Assembly (NCBI GenBank): GCA_965178125.1
Contig: OZ237744.1
Span: 1,240,001-1,304,000, forward strand
DNA from: Bilabrum cf. latius
Taxonomy: Eukaryota
DNA length: 64,000 nt
Direction of reading: 5' to 3'
Below, in pieces: positions 24,198 through 35,376 of this stretch. Position 1 is the stretch's first letter. The number at the start of each line of letters is the position of its first letter. Both the position numbers and the translations under genes were made by a program. The notes below the pieces were generated by a model, which had not been told where the DNA came from, searched no databases, and worked only from the letters and a program-made list of their open reading frames with translations.

Positions 24198-25850
24198 ATG
24201 CGTGCTACCAGGTTACTGAGATCGGTGGGTAGGACTCTACGGGTGGATCCATTCTTGCGACCCAGACTGAGCACTTTCCGGCCTTATTAGTGGAGTGGTA
24301 GTAAATGTGCGCAAAATATGTCTGTGCTCGTGTCTACAGATGACGTGGACTCATCAGAGGGAGTGCAGCACTCGCAGTTCTACCAGAGGATATCATCGGG
24401 CAGTCACGTCTTCTTCGCCGACGAACCAGTGTCGTTGGGTGGTGCGGATGAAGCCCCGTCTCCGTACGACATGTTGCTTGGATCTTTGGGGGCGTGCACT
24501 TCAATCACGCTGCAAATGTACGCCAAACGGAAGGGCTTGCCATTGGAGGGCGTGGAAGTAGACCTAGACCATAGCAAAGTGTACAAGGCAGATTGTGAAG
24601 ACTGCGGCAAGCTGTCCGATGATAGTACCACAAAAGGCAGGAAGGGGCCGATGATTGACAGAATCGAGCGCAAGATCCGGCTGATTGGAGATGACCTCAC
24701 AGCAGCTGACAGAAAGAGACTGCTGCAGATCGCCAACGCCTGCCCCGTGCACAAGACCCTGGTGGCAGGGGCAGCCGTCGTAACAACTGAAAATACTGAG
24801 GCCGCCTCTGCCTCCAAGAGCGGGGGCAATCACCCGCTGCGGCAGGCCGTAGTGTCCGAATCTCACACGACGGCGGGCCACCATCTTGTCCCCGACGACC
24901 CGGACTCGATCGTGGTTCGGAGGGCTCTTCCCCAGCGTGAGATCCGATCGTGCGGCCCATTCGTGTTCCTCGACCACTTCGGGCCCGTGGACCTGGATAG
25001 GCAGGCGCCGGTCGACGTGGGCCCGCACCCGCACATTGGGCTGTGCACGCTGACGTACCTCTACTCGGGGGCCATCCTGCACAGGGACTCCACGGGGGCG
25101 CAGCAGCCCATCTTGCCAGGGGCGGCCAACTGGATGGTGGCGGGCCGCGGCGTGGTGCACAGCGAGCGGGGCGAGGAGGCGGCTCACCTCGTGGAGCAGG
25201 GGCCTGACGGGCGCCGCACCGCCCACGGTCTGCAGCTGTGGGTGGCACTCCCCAGGGAACAAGAGGACGTGGAGCCCTCCTTCCACCACGTGGCCAAAGA
25301 GGACCTCCCGGTCATCGCCTGCGATGCAGAGTCTCGGTCAGGCGCCCCCGCGGCTGGGAGCGAGGGAACAGTGGCCCGGTTGGTGGCCGGGGAGGCAATG
25401 GGGGTGCGCTCCCCGGTGCCCGTGCACTCGCCCATGTTCCTCGTGGACCTGCAGCTGCCCAGCAGCGGGTGGTTCCGGTTTGAGCTGCCGGCCGGCCAGG
25501 AGGCGGCCGTGTATGTAGCCAAGGGCGCGGTGCAGGTGGGGGGCGAGCGGGCGCAGGCAGCCACCGGGGACATCCTGGTGATGCGGGCGCCGGAGGATGG
25601 CAAGGGTGAGGAGGAGGCCACCCAGGTGCAGATCAGGTCGCCGGGCCCCGCCCGGGTGGCTATCTTGGGCGGTGCTGCGCTGCCGGAGCCGAGGTCTATG
25701 ATGTGGAATTTCGTCTCGGCCAGCAAGGAGAAGGTTCAGCGGGCGGCCCAGGCCTGGGAGGAGGGTGACGAGTCGCAGTTTCCGCAGGTGCCCGGGGAGG
25801 AAGGGCAGCCCAGGCTCATGATGAAGAAGCTCGCCGGTGGGAGGAAGTGA
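24198..25850 (+). CDS. OsmC/YhfA-family domain fused to a pirin (bicupin), with putative mitochondrial presequence
   Basis: OsmC-like ADEPVSLGG...PSPYDMLLGSLGACTSITLQMYA...IANACPVHKTL; pirin GPFVFLDHFGP, HPHIGL, WMVAGRGVVHSE, GLQLWVALP. ATG 24198 gives Arg-rich MRATRLLRSVGRTLR..., in frame via TAG 24288. Confidence 0.88.
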
Positions 25851-26109
25851 GAGTGAGTGGTTGTGGGAGTAGGGGGGGAGGCTGGGGGAGGTGGGGTGAT
25901 TATCTCGGTGACTGATCTCGGGGCTCTTGCGATAAATTTGGTCAAGCACAATAACACCGCAAGTTCAAGTTGGTGGACAGTCTTTCGCCCCGGCACCGCC
26001 AGCCACCCGAGCGTGCTCCGAATCTATAGATCCGGAACCTCTTTGACTTCGCAGTGCTGGATTTGCGCTACATATTAGTCCCTTCCGTGGCACGCTTCAA
26101 GGATTTAAT

Positions 26110-28525
26110 ATGTTTTCATCCGTGATACTTCTTCTAGGACTTGGCTCCGTGTATGCTTACAACAGTAAGGCTGTTTGTAACCTGCATCTGGATCTTGTCA
26201 TTCTAGTCGTCTGTCTTTTACTACACAGAGTAGCGCCTTGTCATATTGTTTATTTCGTACTTGGCATTTTCTCTGATAGAATGGTATTGTTAGCCGCAGC
26301 ACGACATTGAGTGTAGTTGCCTATCAATTCAGAATGCTGCCTCGCCTTACCGAATTAAACGATCGTTGGTACTGCAGACGGGCCGCAGTACCAGCTGCCT
26401 CCCGCGGGAGTGTCAAGCTGGTGCATTGATGATCTATGCGGGCTGCTTGATCTGTGTTATGCAGACCAAATCGAAGATGTTGCTGATGCCATGATTTCTA
26501 GTGGCATGGCAAAGCTGTGGACGGGTGGTGTCCGTCCAACCTGGCTTGTCGATGACTGCTTCCAGTCTCCAGAGCTCCAGAATGGGACTGGAAAACCATA
26601 GGCCGATCCATCGCGCTTTCCGAACGGGATGGCACCAGTTTCGGACCATCTTCATGCCAAGGGCATCGATATCATCCTGTACACTTCCATCGGAACCAAG
26701 ACGTGAGCCTCTCAGCTGTATTGCTTCCTTGCCGGTGATCGTTGCGACGGACGCGGCGGCTACTAGCAGGGGCATCGACATTCTATCGGCGACTGCCGTG
26801 GTGCACATGCAGCCACCGCAGGAGGCGGAGGAGGAGGAGGAGGCATTCGTGCACCTTACCCCTCTCGGTGCTTTCACACGCGCCCATTCATTCCGTTTTT
26901 TTTTTGCTGCGTATTACAGGTGCAAGGGAGACCGCCCGGCCAGTTTCGGCCGCGAGCAGCTGTGGGCAGAGACATACCTGCAAGACATGAAGGCCGACGG
27001 GATCAAGTGCGACAACTGCAACCGGCCGAGCGGGCACTCGGACAAGGACTTGTTCCTGAATTTCAGCCGAGTGATCAATGCCACGGGAGAGCGCATCGGC
27101 AAGCAGCCCGGTTTCTTCCTGTGCGAGTGGGGCGACGAGGAGCCCTGGCTCGGGTGGGGGGGCGAGGCAGGCCAGCAGTACAGAGTGGCTGGGGATCATG
27201 TGAGCAAGGCTTTCATCAAGGACGTTCGTGCAAATGCATCGTCACGTTGCGTCCTTCGTACATATTCACCTCGAGGACCGGTCCTTCGTATATATTTTCG
27301 AGGACCGGCGCACGGTATGACTGCAGCTCCACACCGCTAACTCTCCCACCACGCACCCACCTCCGCGTATCACCCCCCTCTACAGATCCCTGTGTGGACG
27401 CTGCAGCTGGCGCGAGCCATCGAGATGGGTCTGCAGCGGGCCGGGCTGGACACCACCCCCCTCGCTCGGGGCGGCACATAGACACAGGGCCCCCTGTCCC
27501 GCCTCGCCGCCCGCTCGGCCAGGGCACACATGGCTGTCGCGGGGCTGGCCGCTCAAGTCGGCAGGGGCGACGCACAGCTCGGGGCACAGCTGGCGGCGGC
27601 TCTGGGGGTGCCGGAGGAGGAGCTGCGGCGGCGGGCTGTGCTTGTCCATGGGGCGCGGCTGGGCGTGGGTGAGGCTGGTCATGCCGCAGACGTGTCGGCA
27701 CTGGGCGGACTGGTGCAAGGGCTCAGCCTAGCACAGATGGAGGAGGCCGCTGGGCTGGCAGGGGCTGCAGTGCTTCCCACGGTGGATGCTTTCCTGGAGC
27801 AGGACGCAGAGCTGAGGAGAGGGTCAGGGAACAAGAGGGGCCTGGCGCACGCCATCGGCAGCACTACTCGTTCCTGGGCCGTGTCGTCGTCACCGTCGTC
27901 GTCGTTGAGCGGCGACTCGACCCAGAGCCAGAGCCAGAGCCAGGGTACTGGTGGGCTGGGGACTACGTTCGGCAAGGGCACCGGCGAGATCATCGAGTTC
28001 ATGCCCAACGTGACGGGGTACAACAAGAGATACGCGTACACGGACCCGGACTACCTGGAGACGATGTTGTGGTTCCTGACTGACTACCACGACTCGGTGG
28101 CCGAGATGACCTTCTGGTCCCTCTGGGGGGGACCCATGATCATGGCCACGGACCCAAGGAACATGACCGCGCAGAAGCAGTCCATCGTCTTAAACGAGGA
28201 CGCACTGGCAGTGGCCCGTGATGATGCCCTCCTCCTGCCCACCCTCCAGTTCAGGGACCAGGCCCGGGGCACAGAGGCATGGAGCCGGCCCATGGGCAAC
28301 GGGGACTTCGCGGTGGTGCTCTTCAACTCGAATTTCGGGGGGAACAGCACCAGCGTGTCGCTGCCCCTGCAGGACATCAAGGGCTGGCCGTCCGGCGTGG
28401 CGAGCGCGACGGGGAAAGACCTGTGGGCGCACTCATCCGTCGGCACGGTGCAGTCGGAGTGGACAGCAAGCCTGCCCTCGCACGGTGTTTCCTACGTGAG
28501 GCTGACTCCGGCGAAGGAAGCATGA
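26110..28525 (+). CDS. Secreted GH27 alpha-galactosidase/alpha-N-acetylgalactosaminidase, 4 exons
   Basis: Signal peptide; LVDDCF, GKP*ADPSRFPNGM, LHAKG, DGIKCDNC (nucleophile), RVAGDH, DPDYL, C-terminal beta domain (WSRPM, VVLFN, DLW, PSHGV). TAGs 26599 and 27479. Confidence 0.88.
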
Positions 28526-29277
28526 GCTGCAATGGTATTGAGAGGAATTGGCGTGTGCGTACGGCTAGGCGGCAGGGCGCAACAGGTGGACCTCGGGAGG
28601 ACCCGCGAGGCAAGTCTCCCGGTCGCTCGAGTACGAGTAGTTGTAGCACTTCGCTAGCGCCCCAGCCCCTATGGGCGCTTGGGCTGCGACTGCGAGGGTT
28701 TGGCATCAAATTATTAATGCTGCGCTCGTGCTGGCTATGTACTACGACTTGAAGCCGCCCTACATGGATGGCGATTCATTTTTTGGGTGCACTAGCAACA
28801 GCGTTCTCGCCATGCACTTCTGTGACCAGCAATCGCCTACTCGATTTTTCCGGCTACCAGCAGTGAAGAAAGCAACGTATTATATAATTGAAGGAACCAC
28901 GAATACGTGGGATCGTTGTGTAATGGGCCGTGCTGCATTCGAAGTGCCTGTTCTCGATTGGCCGACTGACTCATCGGATCATCATGATGAGAGGAATATC
29001 CAATAATAAGATTCAGTACAGAGCATGATGGGAGGTGCACTACGGATCAACTACCCACGTGCACACTGAACGGTACACGTTTAGTGCGATCACGTGGATA
29101 GTGTACCCGGCACTGATTTGCATCTCGCCCCACGCCACGGAGAGTCGACCCCAGGAATGTTCCCAGTTTTATTGCGGGCACTGGTTTCAAGCCCCTGTGA
29201 CGCGACGTAGGATCTTCGTGCATGAGTAGAAAAATCCGCATACTTGCGCTTGAGCGCTGCAGCAGAGCAGGAGGAGA

Positions 29278-30843
29278 TCACCTGAATTCTCGTAGAAACT
29301 CTGCCATACCCTTGTCGCTGTCTCCTAACTGCACCACGCGCACGTCCGGCCACCGCTCTTTCCGAGAGGAAAACCGGACCGTCTGCTGGGCGAGCGCCCC
29401 GCACACGCCTCCCGAGCCCAGCTCGAGAAACAGCACCTCCCGCTGCGGCTCGCCCTCGCCCTTGGCATTGCCCTCGCTTCCCGTTCCAGTATCAGCCACC
29501 TTTCCCCCGGCCAGGCCCAACGCTGTCTCTAGGCACTCGGTGAAGCGCACCGGAGCCACAGCCTGCAGCACGGCCAGCTCGGCCAGCTCAACGGGCTGCG
29601 TCACCGGCTGGGCAGTCACGTTGCTGATCAGCGGGGCCTCTGTGGCCAGCTCGAGGAGAGGACAGAGGCCCGAATCCATCCCCCGCCGCCTCAAGCTGTC
29701 CGGTGTCCACGCCTCTGTTCCCTGGAGCGACTCCGGGTCCAGGTGGAGCCTCCCCGCCCAGCCCTCCGCGTGGGCCCCCTCGATCACGCGCAGAACAGCC
29801 GCCCTCTCCCCCCCCGTGAGGGCACCTTCCTCCGGACCGCCCTCCCATGGACCCAGCAGGCCTGAGACCGGAGGATGCACCGGTCCCGGCCCCGCCTCGT
29901 CTTGCCCAGCGCTCCCTGCTCCTGGGCCCGCTGGCCAAGCCCGCATGGCCGCGGCGAGTACGAAGGAGGCAGACCGCATGGCGGGCGTGTGGAAGGGCGC
30001 GCTGACCTCCAGCTCGGTGGCTCGGCGGGCCCACTTGTGTTCCCTGAGGTGGTCTGCCGCCTGCTGCACGCAGGCCCGAGTGCCGCTGATCACCACCTGC
30101 GCAGGGCTGTTGAGATTCGCGGCCCACACGCCCCGCAGAGGGGTCGATTGGTTCGACCTGCGGACCTGGTCGCATGCATCGTGCACGGCATCCACGAATG
30201 ACTGGCCTCCCGAGCCACTGGCAGCTTGTTTTACCCTCCTGGGATCAGCGGTGAGGGCCATCATGCAGACATCGTCGCCCATGAGCCTGCCCGCTGCCTG
30301 CATGGCCCGGCCGCGCAAGCGAAGGAGCTGCGCTATCGCTGTGGTGTCCGCCTCAGACTACGTGGCCATCGCTGCAAATTCACCGACTGAGTGGCCAAGG
30401 AGAGACGCATACTGGATCCCCGAGCCGCTCCTCGCCGATACACCAATCTCCTTCCGCAGCACCGCCAGCGTTGCCATCGAATGTGCAAATAATGCTGGTT
30501 GGGTAATCTCGGTCTGCCTGAGTTCTTCCTGCGGTGTAAGATGCGCTGCTGTCAATCAATGCAATGTCGTGGTGCAAATGCTGGAGGACTGGCATGCTAC
30601 GTTACACTCTGCTGGTCTCACTGCTGAGCCATCGAACATGATTCTCGACAGAAACATCTGCAAAGCATCGTCAACTTCCTCGAGCACCTAACGCGCAGCA
30701 GGGAATGACTGCGCAAGGTCCTTGCACATGCCGGGGCGCTGGGAGCCCTGTCCGGGGAACGCCAGGATTGCCGTGTGCGCGTATCGGAAGCCAATCCTTG
30801 GCATGGTTTGCATTCGTCTTTGAATAAGCCGCCGTAGAATCAT
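29278..30843 (-). CDS. MCAT: Mitochondrial malonyl-CoA:ACP transacylase (FabD)
   Basis: FPGQGSQ, TQPALF, GHSVGEF, RGRAMQ, ANLNSPAQVVISG, VSAPFH, PVRF, ELGSG. One intron; TAGs 30688 and 30358; Arg-rich N-terminus. Confidence 0.92.
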
Positions 30844-31212
30844 AATGAAGCTCTCATCGTAACGGACTATGCTGCTGGAGGACCGACACAAACCAAACCG
30901 GAAGCTTTTCCCCAGTCTGGGGGGGTTCGTCCGAATACAGGTACTCCATTGATATGAACAAGCTTCTATCGACAGTGCAACATCGATGCAAAAAAAGAGC
31001 TCAGCAGCCCTCCACATAGACACACGGGAGGCAGGCATCGAGTGCCGCCTCCCAAGGCACCGCTGCAGACGATCGACTCGACCGGAGCAGAACCTCGACG
31101 CAACGCTAACAAAATGGACACACGCGGAGACACTGCACCAAAACTAGTACCGGCGCCCCGCACCCGCCACAGGCGGGCCCCCTATGCTCGCGCGCACGCA
31201 AGCACGCGCGCA

Positions 31213-34200
31213 TCACACCCCGTCCCCGTCATCCGCCAGCATCTCGCTGACGTACGCGATGTCCTCCGTGGGGTGCCTGTAGAGCCCCTGCTTGAGCCTC
31301 TTCTGGTCCAGGAAGTGCCCCATGAGCCCGATGGACCTCCCCAGCACGAAGAGCCCGTTCAGGCACCCGTTGGAGATCACCTCGTCGGCCTCCTCCTTGG
31401 AGAAAGCCCCGCAGCACCGCATGAGGTCCACGAAGCACACCGCGATGCACCCGTCCACGTTGAGGATGAGGTTGGGCTTCTTCTTCGTGGTCTTCTCCTC
31501 CACATGCAGCGCGAAATCGAGCACGGGGCACTCGGGGAAGTGCTCCTGCGCGTACTCCTTCACGATCTCCACCCTCTTGTCGGGGTTGTGGATGCTCTTG
31601 ACCTTGTGCCCGATGCCCATGATCAGCTTGTGCTGCTTGCGCATCTCCGAGACGAACCCGCCCGGAGTCAGGCCCCGGTCGTACGCCTGGCTGAACTGCT
31701 TGGCTGCCCCGTCCAAGGCTCCACCGAACCTGGGCCCGATGGTCAGCAGCCCAGATGCCAGGGAAGAGATGAGATCCTTGCCCGCGCGAGCCGCCACGAT
31801 GGTGTTGTGGGCCCCCGCCACCGCGGGCCCGTGGTCGGCCGTGACCATGAGCACCATCTCGATGAACTTGGTGGCATACGGGGGCAGCCTCCTCTTGAAC
31901 CAGAGCAGCGACAGCACGCCCCCGATGCCCAGGTCCTCCTTGAACACGTCCGAAATCTTCATGCCGGCGTACTTGAGCTCCTCGCCGCGCTCGTCGCTGA
32001 TCGTAGACACGAAGGCGGCCGGCTTGCGGATCAGCCCGAGCTGCTTGGCCCAGTGGTAGTCCATGGGCAGCTGCGGGGGCGTGATCTCGGGCCCCTCCAC
32101 CACCGTGCCGTCCGCCACCAGGGACTGGAACGTGTCCCCGATCTTCACGGCGAAGTCGTTGAAGTTCTCGGGCACCACCGCGCCCGCCTTGCGGAGGGCC
32201 TCGTTCTTGGCGTCTGCCGTCTGGGCGGCCGAGCCAGCGAGGGCGCCTGCGTGCCCGAACTGCACCTCGAAGGGGAAGATCTTGGCGCAGGTGCCGATGC
32301 ACCACGCGATCACGGGCTTGGTGATGCGACCCTCCTCGATGGCCTTGGCCACCGCGTACTCGTCCGTGCCGCCCACCTCGCCCAGCAACACCATCATCTT
32401 GCAGTTGGGGTTGCGCTGGTACCGCATGAGGTGGTCGATGAACCTGCTGCCGGGGTACCTGTCTCCTCCGATGGCAACGCCCTCGCACACGCCGTCGGCG
32501 TGCTTGGCCATGATGTTGTTGAGCTCGTTGCTCATGCCTCCGCTCTTGCTCACGTAGCACACGCTGCCAGGGCGGTACAGCTTGGACGCCACGATGTTGT
32601 CGATCATGCCACCAGTGTTGCCGATCTTGAAGCAGCCGGGCTTGATGCCGCCCACAGTGGCCGGTCCGATCACCGACACGCCCTTGTCGTCGGCTGCCTG
32701 GATCAGCTCGCGCGAGTAGTGCTCGGGCACGCCCTCGGCGATGACTGCCAACGTCCGCAGCTGGGGGTATTGCAGCGCCTCCATGGAGACCTTGTGCGCT
32801 GACCGGAGGGACGCGAAGTTCACCAGCACGTCCACCTCGGGGTGCTTGGCGCACGCGTCCCCGATGTCCCTGTACACGGGAATCATCACCTGCTCCTGGC
32901 CCCAGTAGAACTGCTGCATGTGCTGGCCCCCGAACGGGTACAGGATGGCGGCCACGGAGGGGGTCTCTCGCCTGCACAGAAAGTCGAAGTCAAGCATGCC
33001 CTGCACGGCCCGCAGCTGCATCCCGTACACGAAGGCCCGGGTCTTGCGGCTGAACAGGTCCCACGGGCCGCTCACCGTCCGTCTCTCCAGCTCCTCCGCA
33101 GACCGCTCGTCTCCGAGCGCCTCGGCACCCTCGGAACCGGCCGCACCCGAGCCCGCCGCGGCCGCTGCGTCGTCCCCACTCGATGGCTGCCTCTCCATGT
33201 CGGCCCGCTCGGCGGACCCCAGAGACAGCGCCGATCCCACGCGGGGCACGCCCCCCGCCGAGGGCCCCGCGATGGCCGCGCACGCCTTGCTGAAGTCCTC
33301 CGCCGTGCCTTCTTTGAGTTCGTCCAGCGCCTTGGGCACGATGGCCGTGATGTGCGTCTCGGGCCCCCGCACGTTGACAGGGACGCCCAGAGTGCGGCCC
33401 AGCTCCCGCATGAGCCGCAGCCCCTCCACGTAGTTGGGGCCTCCGCGGCGCACCCAGATGCTGACCCGGTGCGCGCGCAGCTGCGCCGCGAACCCCCTGA
33501 GGGCCCTCATGATCCCGCGGAATGTCTTGGCCACGTCGGTGAAGTTCGCGATGCCCCCTCCCACGATGAGCACCTTCCCCGCCATGCCGCCCTCCTTGAG
33601 CCGCTCCGTGCCCGGGCGGGTCATCAGCGACAGCACCGTCTTGGCGTACTCGAAGGTGAGCGCCTCGGAGGGAGCGCCAGAGTACTCGCCGTAGTTGGCC
33701 AGCTCCTTGCCGAAGCCAAGGTCGCTGATCGTGTCGGCGTATACAACGGAGGCACCCCCGCCCGCCACCATGGTCCACACCCGGCCCGTGGGGTTGAGCA
33801 CCGTCAGCTTCAAAGAAGACCCCGTCTTGGCGTCCAGGTCTTTGATGTACTGCTCCTCGGGGAGCGGGGGCTTCCCGAAGGACTGGGGGAACGTCAGGTG
33901 GCGCACGCGCATGCCGGCGCCTGCACCGGCACCGGCGCCTGCATCGCCCCCCGCGCCGCTCGCCGCCCCGCCGGCCGGTTGCTCTGGCGCGGGCAAGTGC
34001 TCTGCCCACTAATCCCCGCACACGAACTCGGCGGCCTCGTCAATTTTGGCTGCCATGTCCAGAGGCACCGCCCTGCAGGAGCGAGCATCCCCCTCCCCCT
34101 CCACCAGCAGCACCACCGGGTTGATCTCAAGGTACACAAAGTGCAGCGCGCGGTACAGCTTGAACAGCGCCGCCGTGAACTCGGCGGCTGCGGCCTTCCG

Positions 34201-35278
34201 CACGGGGTCCTTCAGGTCCTGCAGGAGGCCCTCGGCGAGTGTCCCTGCGTCCACATCGACCCCCACGGGCACGTGCATGCGGCGGGCCTTGCTGTCGACA
34301 TCGCCGACATCCACGCCACCCTGCGAGAAAACAGATTGGATGCGAGAGATGGCACGACACTTCAATCTAGTTGGGAATGGGAGCATGTCGGCGGATAGTT
34401 CGGCCGAGAAGCTGCCAGCGGTTGCAGTTGCACTTCCCAAGGAGGCGCAGGCCCGCGCCTGCACCTCCCCTCGTTGCGGCCACACACTGCCGCAGAGACA
34501 CAGGAGAAATGCCACAGTGTCAGGAAAGGAACTTTAGGGATACCACACAGGCATATAGCTCAGCATTGCACGCCATTCAAAGCAACAGGGTGCAGAACAC
34601 CGGCCGATAGTACGGCCGGGGCGGGGAAACAAATTTCCGCTCGGATGACGGAGAGGTAGGCACCCCGGTCCCGCGATTCAAGCTTGTGATGCGTAATTTA
34701 CGCAGTCTAAAGGACAGACAAACCTAACACAAACTGTCTGGTGGCATTTGTTACGACCGAATCACCAGGTTATACCCGAGATGCGGTCTCCGAAATCCAG
34801 TTGCCAACTCAACATGAGATCTTGATGGATTGACCTGTCTTACCTCGTGATGGAACAGAATCTCTTCGCCACTGCGATCAGATTGAATGCAGAGATATAC
34901 TTCATCTTCCTGCTTGTGCGGAACAAACTCCTCGACGAGGAAAGTGTTCAACTTGCCTGTCACGGATTCGACAGTGACATCTTTGTCCGCTCGCTCGGCG
35001 GTCCATGCCTTGGCATCGTCCCATGTAGCATTCAACAAAAGCAGACCGCCTTTTCCGCGACGCTTGATGAGCTGGTCAGGCTTCGCGACCAGCTTGACGC
35101 CATCCTCGAGCAGCCAAGGATTTGCCGCAACGACCGCATCAAAGTCGATGCCGCCTTTGCCATCAGATTTCACCTGCGCGAACCGCTTCGGCAATGTAAT
35201 CTTCCCATCCGAATATTCAGAAAGATGCTGGTGCAGGATTCTCTTTCCATCAACCTCGCGAATAGCACGCTCGGCCAT
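31213..35278 (-). CDS. ACLY: ATP-citrate lyase, single-chain (fused) type
   Basis: [73 protein letters not shown]. Intron 34321-34843; one TAG at 34009; ends TGA. Confidence 0.96.
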
Positions 35279-35376
35279 GATTTAAAGTGGGAGTTTGTTT
35301 CTCTGGATAATCAACACGCTACCAATTACAATATATCGGATTTTTTAAAAGCCAAATTCGATTCACGCGCACAGCG

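Noticed and set aside
28671-29006. 111-aa ORF between GH27 and MCAT ending TAA TAA
   Set aside because: No recognisable homology or clear gene structure; could be a small gene but unsupported.
31042-34398. Long antisense or overlapping ORFs (31042-32802, 32842-34398; also 14270-15655, 29222-30691, 37307-39016, 62349-63296)
   Set aside because: Shadow ORFs opposite GC-rich real genes, with no recognisable motifs.
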